Positions 24,893 to 38,183 of a stretch of DNA of 64,000 bases are shown here, piece after piece (positions within the stretch are counted from its first letter, which is position 1; every line of letters begins with the position of its first letter). Position numbers and translations under genes: made by a program. Below the pieces are notes generated by a model. The model did no database searches, had not been told where the DNA came from, and was given only the letters and a program-made list of their open reading frames with translations. Location: positions 35,528,001-35,592,000 of the forward strand of contig NC_058368.1 in NCBI RefSeq assembly GCF_018350175.1. Direction: 5' to 3'. This DNA comes from Felis catus. Lineage: Eukaryota.

Positions 24893-26437
24893 CTATAACC
24901 CATAAGAAATGCTTTAAAAAAATTAAAATTAAAAGTACTGACAATACTACTTTGAGAGAGGAATCATTAAAGGGATGGATTGCTTTCATCAGGGAACATG
25001 GATGATGTCTACTTCTATATTTAATAAAGTCTAATTTCAGCCCTTCAAACATTTATAATGAATTATTTAATGTAAGCTGACAAAAATACACCTATCAAAC
25101 ATAGATGTTGTCCTTGTTGCTATTGGATTTCGCTATAGCATAAGAAGGGAATTAGCGATCCCTCGGGGACCAGACCAGCCAGAAAACTGGACATGTAAAG
25201 GTCTCCTTAGCACCCCACAGCAACTCTGCACACACCAGGCTAGACCCTGTGCTAGTAGCAGCCCAGCATTGCCTCCCAGGTTCTTTAATAAGCATATTTT
25301 CTTTTCACAAAGGGTAGAAAATATTATCAAGCTAAATTTTTCCCTCTGCCAACAAGTTAGGGATAATGTGCACCATGTGGATCAAGCTGATCACATAAAT
25401 TAAGGCTTTAAAGCACAATATCTGAGCGTTTCCCAGCTGAACATTGCTTTTCTGTATAAATTAAAAATGTCTAAAAAGGGGGGTTTATTAGAAGGAGACT
25501 ATCAAAGCTTTTTATGAACATGCTTTCTCTTTTGATCTATATAATTTTCAAAAAGTGTTAGACATATCATGATTTCTAGCACAACTGGAATTTTAAATCT
25601 AAGAATCAGAAGGAAAAAAATGCAAATAGAAAAGACATGATTTTGAAGCCATGTCTATTTTGCCGCAATTAGTCATTAAGCAGAGGAAATGAATTTCGGT
25701 AAAAAGCCTGGGTTATCTAACACTTTACCAACCAGAAAGCACCAGAAAAAAAGAAAAAAAAGCATTTTTATACCCCCCCCCCCCCCACACACAAACACAC
25801 AAATCTTCAATCTATTAACCACAGGACTATAAGAAGGTTGTTATTTGCTTTCTTACTGGTTTGGGGAGGAGAGAGAAAATTACATCTTTGCATCAGTGAG
25901 CTTTCTCAAACAATGGTGATTTACATGTCAATCTCCTGATCATTAAGTATTATCTATGTGATTTTCAACCGCATCCAATAGAAAAAATAATTTTAATGGC
26001 AGATGATATTTTAAAAATACTAACTACTTTGAATTTATATAAAGCCTTGAAGAAGATCAACATCCTTTCAAGGTATATATACTTGTGGATCACTGAGCCA
26101 GAACAGATCTGAAGTGGTCATTTATTTCTGAGCCCTCTCTTCAAGCATGTCAATATTAAAATATCAAATATTGGGAGATTTTTCAGGTCCTACTCTTAAA
26201 GAACTCAATCCATGTGAGACAAAGTTAACAGTGCCCCCTGGAACTGGGAGACTGCCAAATAGTAAATACAGTGTTCATGATGTGTCCAGTTTAGTGACCA
26301 TGAGAGATGTTAGAAGAATAATTCAAGCACCTTTCCTTGTCTGAATGGGAATTAAGGAGATGTATGGTTCTTCTGTTTTGAAAGATTAGTCCATCAAATT
26401 ACTGAACCACAGAATATTCAAAAGATACAAAGGCAAG

Positions 26438-26868
26438 TATATTGGTTTTTGCTAGAACTGACATAACAAAATACCATAGACTGAGTGGATTTAAGAAGAA
26501 AAATGTATTTTCTCACACTTTTGGAGGCTGGAAGTCCAAGATCAAGGTGTCAGCAAGGTTGGTCTCCCCTGAAAGCCATCAGGTAACAGTCTATTCCAAG
26601 CCTCTACCCTTGGCTTGCTGATGGCCACCTTCTCACTGTGTCCTCACATGGTCTTTGTGCACACACACTCCTGATGTTTCTCTCTGAGTCCTAATCGTCT
26701 CTTTTTATAAGGACACTAGTTGGATTGAATAGGGCCCACCCTAACCCCCTCATTTTAACTTAATTACCACTTTAATGTGCTTTCTCCAAACACAGTCACA
26801 TTCTGAGACACTGGGGTTAGGACTTCAACATAGGAATTATGGTGGGGGAGAATAATTCTGGCATAACA
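26438..26868 (-). mobile_element. MaLR solo LTR (MLT1A/A0-like)
   Basis: TGGAGGCTGGAAGTCCAAGATCAAGGTG core; perfect 5-bp TSD GCAAG (26433-26437 and 26869-26873). Confidence 0.9.
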
Positions 26869-28929
26869 GCAAGCAAAGTGGGAATCATTTGTTAGTCTCA
26901 GAGATCATCACTCCCCTGTTTATTAAGTTTTCACATTCTTCCTGCTTGAAGGATAAATGTAGATGGCATCTAATTCAACTGTACAAGCTACAACTCTATG
27001 ATCCGCCTGAATGGAGGAAAAATTAGCAAAACATGGACTGCTAAGGCAGCATAACCTTCTTCAGTACTTGAAGGTTGCCAGCATCTCCCTTCTGTTCTTG
27101 AAATAAAAATGAAATGACTATATAAATCAATGCAGTATAGGTTATGAGAGTCAAAGCCTTTGAAATCTCAAACTAGAATATAGGACCTACTGGTAGATTT
27201 CAAAATCTTGACTAGCACAGTGTCTGGTACAGTTAGGAGCCACCTGAATAGTGTATCTCCAAGTAGATTGGCCACCATCATACTCCTTGTTTATACCTCT
27301 CACCAGAGACAACGCCACCCCCCTCCCCATATGAACAGAGATTTAGCACATTCATTAGATTTTCCCAATTCCTGGCATGGTGGTGGATACACAGCAATCA
27401 GTCAGTTAGAACCTACCGAATAAGTGAATATTTCCCCTCCTTTAGAGCCCACTCTAGAGCTAGCAACGTTGTAGGTGAGGCAAGTTGTGTGCTTTGAAAA
27501 TCACTGCCTTTGGTTTTTCTGAGTAATCTGATTCAGATTTTCTGCCCATTCTAGCTGGAAGAAGGCAGTTTGATTTTATCATAAATCATGGATATTTTAC
27601 TTTTTCCCCCATTTCTCTATACAGTCTACTTGCAACACTCTTATCTAGCCAAAGGAGACAACTCTAAACATGACTGACTCTCTATTGAGTGAATTTGCTT
27701 CTGTTTTGAGTCTTCTGAGTGCCAATCATGAAAGGGCCCTCACAAGATGGCAGCTGGCAGTAAGGGTACATGTGTTTTGTTTGTTTGTTTGTTTGTTTGT
27801 TTTATATAGTACAGGTAATTTTTGCTTCTTCTAATTAAATATCTGACAGTATCCATTTTAATAAATTTCTCAGGAAACTGACTCAAAGTACCCTTCTGAT
27901 TGGTGGGTGAACATGTGCTCACTTATACTGTGTGGCCATAAGGAGACTTTCCATGTGCATTTTTATTGTGGTCTATGAAAACATAAAGTCTGTGTACCTT
28001 CAGGGTCCTATTTCCTTGTGGAAGGACTCCTCTTCTCCCGTTGTTTGCCTAGATCCCCAGGAAAGAAGCATGAAACAAGTGTGAGAGACATCTCTCAACT
28101 ACAAGAAGGATCTCACTGTCAGCAATGATCCCTACCTTCCTCTCCTCTCCAGCTTCCTGGAGATGAAGATCACTTCTCTTTGCTAGGAGACCAAGGGCCC
28201 CTGACCTGTAGGGTAGCAGGAAAGAGAAGGCAGAATAAACAGCAAAATGAAAGATTGGATGCTGGTTCCAAAAGTTTCACTCTCGTTTCCAGATTATAGA
28301 TTATCTGAAAGAAAAAATTAACTCAATCAAAATATTCTTTCAGCTCTATGAAGTTGTGGATGTTATAAACTGTCTCTTTCCTAAAGAGCGCCAAACCTTG
28401 AATTCTTCCTGCTAGAGAGGAGCTGATCTTCACGGATACCTGTGTATTACTAGACATTAAGAAGGAAGGTGAATGCTGTCCTCCCCTCATAAAACACTTT
28501 TTTTGCCTTCCCTCTCCTCTTTCACTGAACTCACTGTGTTTACAAGTACAAGCTATGACTCTAGAGATGGAAAATCTGATACCGTCAGCACAAGTTAAAC
28601 AAAATGAAAAGGGAAAAAAACCTACACCCATCTGGACTTCCATATGCTCTGTAGCCAAGAGGCTAATATAATTCCTTGAATGTTGGTTATAAAGCAACGT
28701 GATATGGATAACTGCTATGCACTGAGCTTATTTAGACAAGTGTTCTTTCTACTCAATAAACCTTTGAAAGGATTAAAGTACCATCACTCCCAATTATCTG
28801 CCCATAAGTTCTTCCCTTCCTGTGAGTCTTGACCATACCCTACAACTGATCCCTATTTTTATCCCAGTCTGAGTCCCTGATCACTGGACCAAGTAAACTA
28901 GTGTAATGAGAACACAGGACATTGAGGGA

Positions 28930-29270
28930 ATGTTGAGAGGTCTAATATGACGAGGGTGCTAGGTGCATGGCCAGGTAGGGGGTTGCCAAGACAGAGCTGC
29001 CTAAAGAGATTGGAACCAGGTTGTGAATGGCCTTCCATGCTATGATGTGGATTTTATCTCTGAGCATCAGGAAACCTTTCAAGTAACATGATGATTTTTG
29101 TTTTAAAGAAATAATTCTGGTGACCGTATGGATAGTGTGCACGAGAGGAGAAAAAAAGATGAGGGGATGACTGATTCGGTGAGACTGCCATGGTCCAGCA
29201 GAGAACTGATGAACACCAAATGAAAGTGACTCCAGGAATGATAAAGAGAAAGGACCAGGTTAAATTCTGT
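28930..29270 (-). mobile_element. L2 relic
   Basis: CCAGGTTGTGAATGGCCTTCCATGC...TGGATTTTATCTCTGAGCATCAGGAA...TTTTAAAGAAATAATTCTGG. Confidence 0.6.
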
Positions 29271-29527
29271 GGTCAGATTTATATACTAGGAAAGCTTATT
29301 CCCCTCTCTTCAAAGAATCAATTCAAAAGGAAACTCTCTGAGGAGCCCTCGGGATTTTTGCAGCCCCTAATATATAAGAAACAGTATTAAGGAGACTTTT
29401 AGTGTGCTTGTTGGAGATTATTGTGAAAAAAGAGGAGGGGTCTTAAAATTATACACTTCTTTATCTTATGGGAGCAATCGTCATTAATGTTCTGATTTCT
29501 CATCTTAACATCTAAGTTGACTCATTA

Positions 29528-29737
29528 TTTTTTAAATTTTTTTAATGTTTATTTATTTTTGAGAGAGAGAGAGCACGAGCAGGGAGGGGCAGAGAGAGAG
29601 GGAGACAGAATCTGAAGCAGGTTCCAGGCTCTGAACTGCCAGCACAGAGCCCGACACGGGGCTCAAACCCACAAGCTGTGAGACCATGACCTAAGCCAAA
29701 GTCAGACGCTCAACCGACTGAAGCAGCCAGGCACCCC
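29528..29737 (-). mobile_element. CAN-SINE
   Basis: Reverse head ...CCAGGCACCCC, GA-rich linker, T tail; TCATTATTTTT repeated on both flanks. Confidence 0.95.
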
Positions 29738-31436
29738 AAGTCATTATTTTTAATAGTCAGTGGTTTTCCGTATCTGAGTGTTTTCTTTTGCACTGAATAT
29801 AAAAATGCCCTTGATTTTTGTTCCTTTTAATTTTTTCCTAACGATGCCTCAGATTTCCACCTCTGAAAGCTCTAGTAACAGCCTTGACCACTGGCCCTGT
29901 AGTACACTTCATAATGAAATTAAAACTAAATGGATTTCAACAATCTAGTTTAAATGTTTCTAAGTCCTCTTTTATAGACATCCTTTAAAGCTGGAGACCA
30001 CACAATGGCCTTCGTGCCAATTACTTTTTAAAAAAAGAAAAGGCGGGGGAGATTTTGCAAGATATTTTTTTCTAAAAATTTAGTCTGCGTACTCAAGTCG
30101 AGTCAAAACTATTGTTACATGAAAGAACTGAAAAGACCCATGACTCAGCATGCAGTATTAGTAAATGAATACTGTCCCAATATAACTTGCAAAGATTGCA
30201 GTATGCTAACTAAAACGCTCCATTGTCTACATTAGGAATAACTGTGTGTTCCAAAGATTTTTCACCTGTTCTAAAGGAGGGGCCAGCTTAGCTGAACACT
30301 GTTTTGTAGGTCAGCAGGTTCAAGGTCACCCTTTAGAAGCAGCTTCAGAAGAACCCCAGGGTGTGATGTGAATTAGATAACCATATTGCCCTCAGCAGAG
30401 CTTGGCACGCTGATGTTCAGGGACCCAGAGCTCGGGATACAGGAGAGTTGGAATCTCAGACATTAGAGGTAAGTGAGTAGAGTGGATTGTGCGTCATGTT
30501 TTAAAAGAATTAAAAGTTCCAAATAGGTGGAAGGAAATTGCCCAATATCCTCCCTGAAGCTTCTTGGGAAGGCTGGACACAAACTCGCTTCCTCAGAGAG
30601 GCAGACTTTCCGGGTTTCTAGTTGTTTCTTCTTTGTCATGAAAACGAACACAAGTTAAAAAAGAACTGTGTTTGGGGGGCCATGTTTTGGAGCACGTATC
30701 CCACTTGTGTGGGAGAGACGGCATCAGGAGCCCTCACCTGTTTTCATGATGGGCTGTGCAGAGAAACAAGCTCTCAGGAAGTAAACAAGCTTGTCAGTTC
30801 ACTAAGAAAGCAGCAGACCAGCTGTCACTCTATTACACAACACTTAGTTTTTAATTTTATCCCGAAGACATGAAAACAGGCATCCAATACCACCTCTCAT
30901 TTTTCTTAAGTAACACAATGGAACTGAGATTCTCCAAGTCACAGAGAAAAAATGTAATCAGAGTAACTGAAATAGGGAGGGAAAAAAATAATAAGGGAGA
31001 AGTATGCAACAGCCGGCTCACTCAGAGCCAGGTTTTCAATGGGCCTTCCTAATTGTGTCTGCAGTCTTTAACGGCAGCTTCCATTTTCACCAGTATAAGC
31101 CCACATTTCAAAAGCAAATTGGATACCTGCATGAACAAGCAGGCAGTTAGGCAGCTAATTACTGTTTGCAATTCAATTACCTAATTACTGTGGGCAAGTG
31201 TAGGGTGTTTGTGCAAGCAAACAGTCCCACCCACAAATATTGCAGATTTGATTAAGAAGGCTTAGGTGCAAAGATCCATGTTCACTGCTAGTGCATAATA
31301 GGCTCAATAATTTTCCCTCTGGGCCCAGGAAGGTCCTGGTTAAACACTCTTCTAGGAGTGGAGTGTGGAAGAGCCTGTGTAAGCAGACAGACCTTATGAG
31401 TGTCTCCGCAAGTCAAGCTGAGGCTAAGCCGGAACC

Positions 31437-31600
31437 TTGCTACTCAAAGTGTGGTCTGCAGATCGGCAACATTGGCATCTTCTGAGAGCTTGTCTGAAAG
31501 GCAGAATCTCAAGCCCCATCCCAGACATACTGAATTAGAATCTACAGTAGAACAAGATGCTCAGGTGATTCATATATACTTTTGTGTTTGAGAAGCACCT
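31437..31600. mobile_element. MER5A-family hAT-Charlie MITE
   Basis: CTACTCAAAGTGTGGTC...GCAGAATCTCAAGCCCCATCCCAGAC..ACTGAATTAGAATCT...CAGGTGATTCAT...GTTTGAGAAGCAC. Confidence 0.85.
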
Positions 31601-32299
31601 CTCTAGATGGCTGCTTAAGAAATAAGACTCTCTTTGGCTCCAAGTTCTGCAGAGCTAGGCCTGGGTAGGAGTTGTCCTTGAGAGCCTTTCCTTAAAGTGA
31701 TAGCAAGGCAGATACAAGGTGATGACCAAAGATTATTCAGCCACAATGAGCAAGTTTGATGCTGCAAGAGAAATTCTAAAAAGGCAATCCTTCAGAAAAA
31801 AGTTCCACAGATGCTAATACCAAAAGTACTCTGCATCTGCCCTGAGAGACAGCAAAGATGATGTGGCAAAGACTTCACAGGTAATAGCTTCCATACACCA
31901 TTCCATGAACATTCTCTACTCATCTAGGATCCATTTGACTGGTGATATTTATCTTCATCTGGGACTACGTGTTTGGCAGGAAAATCACTCTGTGAATACC
32001 CTCAACCAGGACTTTGAGTCCAATTAATCAGTAAGATCTGCTCCCACCAAAGAACAATAGAAGAGTGTGAATATTGCGTGTTCTCTGCCAATCTCTACAG
32101 AGACCAACCACACTGATGCATTTACCCAAACATTACTGACAGAATGGCTGTGCAGCCTCAGGGAGAGGCATTTTCTACTCCCAAATAGACTGCTTCAACC
32201 ACCTCATCAATCTCGCTCACTTTGCATGGTGCTGGAACCTGAGAGCCGTGCCATTTTAAGCAAAATTGTGTAGTTTGTCTTCATGATATAGAGGAAAGG

Positions 32300-32440
32300 C
32301 ACGGTGCAGGAATCAGGGACCTGACCCCAGCACTAACCAGCTGTATGACCTTGGGCAAGGCACGTAGGGCTCAGTCTCCTCATCCGTAAAATGAGGGGAT
32401 TGAATTGGCTGCTTGCCTAATTCCCTTCCAGTTCCTACAA
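32300..32440 (+). mobile_element. MIR3/MIRc-type SINE
   Basis: CACTAACCAGCTGTATGACCTTGGGCAAG...CTCAGTCTCCTCATCCGTAAAATGAGGGGATTG. Confidence 0.8.
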
Positions 32441-32957
32441 TAATTTGTCATCATCCTTCCACTCAGACTCACAGCTTCTAAGTCCACCTCTAGCTGGCAA
32501 GATACCCCATATAGCATATGATGCCTCTTGATTCCAGGCAATTCCCTGGTGCGGGGCTTTTCCACTATCTCCTACCTACACTTTCATTTTATGACTCTCA
32601 TCCAATGCAAAGCTTCTTCAGCTATTTAATTGGCAACCTTCCAAAAAGCTGTACTCTAAAGTATTAGTAGCTAATTTAAATGCATTAACTTTCTCATGAA
32701 GTATTTGGTTTCAAATGGAGAACTCTTACCTTAGCATAGAGGACTCAGTTTTTAGTGAGCGAGATTTTAAACATGTTTCCATAATAAGGAAGCTATGGCA
32801 TTTCTGGAAATAGACAAAGCACTGATCATGAGGCCAAGAAACCTACTCTATCCTTTTTTGTTTCAGCAACTGAGGCCTAGAGAGATTATCTCACTTGTTC
32901 AAGGAGATGATGCCAGGGTCAGAACTAATATTTCTTGAATCTCAACACTATAAACAG

Positions 32958-32962
32958 GTTGT

Positions 32963-32994
<32 letters not shown>
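32958..32994. repeat. (GTT)n microsatellite
   Basis: Tandem GTT. Confidence 0.9.
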
Positions 32995-33409
32995 ACAAAG
33001 GCAACTGCAGTTGAGCCAAGTGGTGACCAATCAGCATGATCATTAACTTTGTCTCCCAAAAGGTCAAGAATAGACTAGATCTTAGACAGGGAATGTATGT
33101 CATTTCAAGACTTCTTCTATAAAGGAAAAGAGAAAGCATCTTTCATAATAATGCTCTATCATAGTTGTCCAAGCCAAAGTTAGCAGGCTTTCAAAATCAA
33201 TCATTCAACAACCCAAAGGGAAAAGGCAGCATTGCTGAGAGCACAGAGATTGTTATAAGGAATGAAGGACCACAAAAGGAAAGAGGATGCAGTGAAATGT
33301 CAAGAGCTCTGCCCCTGTCATTCCTTTGGTTCAACAACTTTACAACTTCTGCTCGGATTGGACTGGACATCTCATTGTCTTAAGTATTTTTTTTAAAAAT
33401 GTAATAGGC

Positions 33410-34104
33410 GAGAATAATGAATCAAACCTAAAATTAAGTTTAGTAGGAATAAATGAAAGGTCTGATGTGTGGATCTATATAAACAACTGTACAAGAATAG
33501 GATGGAGTGAAGACATTGTTTAGCAGCTATGTGATTTTAAAAAATCACTGATGCCCATCAAATCTCATATGACTTTGAAAGGGTTAATTTGAGTTCAAGC
33601 AGCATAATACATGTTCATTTCAAATAGATTAAGGAAAATTATAGCCCTGTTCTGCTTTGTTAGATGACATCTAAAGTGTTGCATTCCCCTTTTGATACCA
33701 CATTTAAGAAGCATGTGGTCAATCAGAAGAAAGTTGCCAGGGTGAAGAGACTCTGAACTTTGTCATAAGAGGAATGATGGAAGGACACAGAATGTTTAGT
33801 CTGAGGGGGGAAAGAAAGGCTTACATGACCTGGTGGATACTTGAAGGGCTGTTGTTTTCATGAAGGGTTGGCACTATCCTGTGAAGTCCCAGGGAGCGGA
33901 GCCAGGGCCAGTGAGAAGGAGATGCAGAAAAGAGACCCTGAGCAGTCAGGGGCATCTAAAGGCAGAATGGGTGACCTCAGGAGGTCACTTGCCAGAGCAG
34001 TTCAAGCCCTTCTGTTTGTTCTTCTTTGGAAAAGATCCAAGCATCAGATGAGTGGATGAACAAGGTGACCATTTTACTATTCCTTTCCAACCAAGAGTCT
34101 ATGA
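33410..34104 (+). mobile_element. L3/CR1 LINE 3' relic
   Basis: Collinear CR1 motifs: TAGGAATAAATGAAAGGTC, CAACTGTACAAGAATAGGATGG, ACCACATTTAAGA, TGTCATAAGAGGAATG, ATGTTTAGTCTG, TTGAAGGGCTGT, and terminal TTCCAACCAAGAGTCTATGA. Confidence 0.8.
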
Positions 34105-36557
34105 AATAGAGAGAGAAGCTGGACAAAAGAAAAAGCAGAGATGAGCAAATGCCAGGTGTTTATTACTACTTTAAATGAAACCATCCTTGTCTAGGGAATA
34201 GCAATAAATCATTCATTTTCACAGGCGGATATTTTTAATCTATTTTGCTAACATACGTAGAAGGCATTTCTACAGAATTATGACAATTAAGACACTCTTG
34301 ATGTCACTGATATAACAAGGCTATCACCTATTGGTAAGCTTGTTTTTTGCTGATGAGATACAAATATCTTGGGTTTATAACTAGAACACTCATTTTTTTT
34401 CTGTATCTAATATGTGAATTCTCTCCATGTGCCTTACTTAAGGTTGTCATATCTCATTAGCAAATTTTATTTTTACCTGACCGGTTGAAAACGCATCATG
34501 TTATGGCAACTCTTATTACTAAACTACATGAGAAAGCATGATGGCTTCTCTTTGTATTCTTTTTTAGTTTCTTCATGACTACCAGTGTAACAATAATTTA
34601 TTAAGATGTGATTGTCTTCAGTAGTGTGACCATCTGGGTTATTAATACAAAAGGAAAACAAAATCTGTTCCCTTCATCTTATGTCTTCCACTGCCTCTCC
34701 CCTCCCCCAATCCAGAGATCATCTTATTTCGACTTGCCCAAGAGGCACGAACTGTTTCCTGCTTTTAAGAATCTCCATTTTAAGAGTGTTTGAAATTCAT
34801 TTTTTCTCTGTAGACACAAGAAAAAGCACTAAAACTCTGACAGTACACATCATAATCTAATGTGCAGATGTCCACAATTATTAATGAGCAAAGGTATTGA
34901 AATTATCAGAGAAAAACATTCTTCTGTGGTTTATATCACTATAGTCTGCTTTGAAATTTTGCTATTTTACCCCAGTAAAAGCCTGGAAACACAGGAAATA
35001 AAGACACCTTAATCTATTAAGCAGTGATCATCTTTCATAATTAAAACAATAAGCTACTAATTCTTTTTCTACTACTTGGGGAAAGGCAAACAGGAAGGAG
35101 TGATATTTGGACAGCTAAGGGCCAAAACGAGGCCCCTTGCATGCTACAAGTTCAGGGTAAAAGGCTGTAGGAATGTTGGAGAAAGTACATAGGGGGGATG
35201 TCGACACCAGAGACCATTTTCCTCTGCTTTTTAAAGTTTTCCCTGGGTTATCTTGAACCTAATTGCCAAAGAAAATGGTTATGCCAGCTCATACCTGAGG
35301 AGGAGAAAGAAGCAGCCGGCCTCAACTAAGAAGAATACTGGGCCATCTTGGACCAATAAGAATCTCTTCCTTCATAAAGTCTTCAAGGAAGAGCCCCACT
35401 GTCCCTTAGTAATCTCCAGAGCCTCCCAAGAAAGGTTTGTTGATTGTACCACTATTCTTAGGGAGTGCAGTCCATTAACTGACTTGGCATTTCAAACTCA
35501 TGTCTTCCTCTTGATCACCACTATTTTGACCAAGTATCTGACACAAGCCTGGAGAATGAACAGGAAAAGCCCACGACAAATAAACCACACACCAAAGTTC
35601 ATTCTTCTAAGTTTCAGAAGCTGCTGGCCTTCCTGGACCTCCTCCCTACCAATCATGGGTGGCAGAGGAATAGACTCTCAGTCTGGGTCAGCCCGTTTTA
35701 ACAGTCCATTGTCAGAGAGTTAGTGAGCCCTGAAGGTATGAGGAAAACATTATTCAAAATAGCTAGCATTGCTGTATGCTCTCTTGATGCGGAATGAAGT
35801 AGGGGGTGTTATCATTTTTATATTTCTTATTTCACTTGATTCTCAGAACATATATATGAGTTAGCAAGAGTGGATATAACAGTCACCAATTAGCAAATGA
35901 AGAAATCAAGGCAAGAGGAAATTGAGACTTCCCATACTTGTAGTGTCACTCAGCTCTGACCAGCCATTAAAGATAGTTTAAGGTCAAATGGAAATAAACA
36001 ATTGAGATTAGAACCCAGGAAGCCAAAGTCATAATTTAACGATGTTTGGCCAAGGTAATTGTTCTCTTTCCGATGCTATTCAATTCTCTTCAAAAAGAAA
36101 AGCTGTTGATTCCACATTGGCTCCAGGAACTATTCTAGGTTCTGATGAATCCATCAAGGCCACAAAAAACAAACAAACAAACAAAAAACAAAACAAAACA
36201 CAAAATTAAAAGTTAGATAAATCAATAATTACATGATTTGTACTGTGGATTATAGTAGAAGTTTATGAAAAGTCTATGGGGAACACAGTAGAAATAATTC
36301 CTCATTTTATGTGAGGATGTCAAAGGTAATAATGTTTGAGCTAGTTCTTAAAACCTAAATAATAGTACCCAAGGTAGAAAAGAGACAAGAAAATTAAGGT
36401 AAATAAAGTCACAGAAATATACAGGTAAATGGCATTCTAAAGAAATGGTCAGTGGTTTAGAGAGACTAAGTTGGGGCTAGATTGAGAATGGGCCTACATG
36501 CTAAGTTAATGAACTAGAGCTTTGCCCAATGGACCAAAAGGAGCTATGGAATGATTC

Positions 36558-36560
<3 letters not shown>

Positions 36561-36599
<39 letters not shown>

Positions 36600-36611
36600 A
36601 AGAAGAAGAAA

Positions 36612-36659
<48 letters not shown>
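36561..36659. repeat. A37 plus (GAA)/(GAAA)n homopurine tract
   Basis: 99 consecutive purines on the + strand. Confidence 0.95.
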
Positions 36660-37611
36660 CTGTTATCCATGACCTATGAGGTGCAAAATGCCAGGTTGCA
36701 GGCATCATTCTACTGGCATGCGAACTAAAATTGAGAATAGCAAGGCTTCTTTTGCTTATTCTAACCCATTTTCTCCCAAGATGACATCACCATTCACCTC
36801 CCTTTCTACTCTATCCAGGAGGCATCAAATGCAATTGAACATCCATAGCAAGTTCCATGTTTGCAGTGAATGGAGTCATTCATTCTGGCTACAGGATCTT
36901 CATTATAATTGCATGAAGCTTTCATTGTGGGCCATATTATGAGAGCATACTCAGTGCTGGCACAAGAAGAACTGCCTGGTAGAGCCAGCTGCAAATGTCA
37001 TGGCCAGCTTTTACGCACAAAGTGAATGGGAGCTTAAAAAAATGCAGCACCCATTATCATGATTCATCTTCCCATCAGCATCAGGATGTCTCTGATTACA
37101 TTGTGCGGCTTTCAGGGAAGAGATCTAGCACAAGGTTGAAGAGAAGGGGTTGTCGCTGCAGAGTCAGGGGCTCTCCTCTGAGGCTCCAGCTGCAGACAGC
37201 CACGCTCCATGCTGACAGTCGAGCCAAGGTCTTCCCGAATGATGGCTGAAAAAGCCATTATAAAACAGAATATGAACCCTGGAGCCTACTGCTCCCAGCA
37301 GGAGAAGAAGCAGGGAACAGTAGGAGCTGACTGTAATTTTCTTTTTCTCTGGTAGCAAAGCAAGGAGAAAAAAAAGTCACAAACATGAGGGAGAGGAAAT
37401 GGGGGATCTTTATGCTGAGCCACTAAATTTCCTATAGGCTGAGAGCTCCAAAAGGTAAGTTCACGTAAAACACTCTTTGGCATTTTACCTAGTATGTTCA
37501 AGAACCTCAGGTGCACAGATTTTTAAAATACAACCCTCTCATCTGTGGACAGGGAGTGATTATCTTGCCTGAAAGCTTGGGACTAAACTTTGGGGCACAG
37601 CGTGCCTATAT

Positions 37612-38124
37612 CTGTGAGGTCCCAATCAAAAAAGTAATGTATTATAAGGATTTGACTTTACAAAGTTGAGCTAGCTGGGAAATCATTTCTGCAAGGCTGT
37701 TGTCTTTGCATCTGATGCTGGAGCTTGATGACTGCAGGCCAGGCAGCTCAGAAGGGAAGAGAGGCCAAGCTAGAACCCATGTAGAGTCTCTCACAGTCTC
37801 CTGCAAGACAAATGGATCATTCCTCACAGGGTTAAACGTACTTGGCCTAGGAGTCAGAGAAGCTGAAGAAGCATCCAGGGGAAAGTAGAGCAGCTGTTGG
37901 CTGCTGCCCCACAGCCCTGTGTATGGGCTACAAGAGCACCAGGTGGCCCTGACCTAACCTTCTGAGCACAGAAACAATATGGCTACTGCTGTTTCAACTG
38001 CGACCCCCAAAACTTGTGCAAAGGTGTCTCATGTGACCCACCTTAACCAAAAACATATAGGGAAGAAAGAGAATTCTAGGGAATGCAGCCCAGCCTGGTC
38101 AAGTCACCATGCTGCAAAGCCACA
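37612..38124 (-). mobile_element. ERVL-type LTR (LTR41/LTR52-like)
   Basis: GGAGTCAGAGAAGCTGAAG...AACCAAAAACATATAGGGAAG..GAATTCTAGGGAATGCAG...GCAAAGCCACA resembles reversed ERVL LTR 5' ends. Confidence 0.5.
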
Positions 38125-38183
38125 ATGTGACTTTAGAACTAACCTCATGACTCTAACTGGAAGGCGGATGGCATATAGGTGTC

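Noticed and set aside
27738..27756. CTCF-like TCACAAGATGGCAGC
   Set aside because: Partial match only; cannot be supported without scoring or ChIP data
35253..35723. 156-aa ORF
   Set aside because: Non-ATG start, no recognisable domain or supporting exon structure; compatible with a chance ORF
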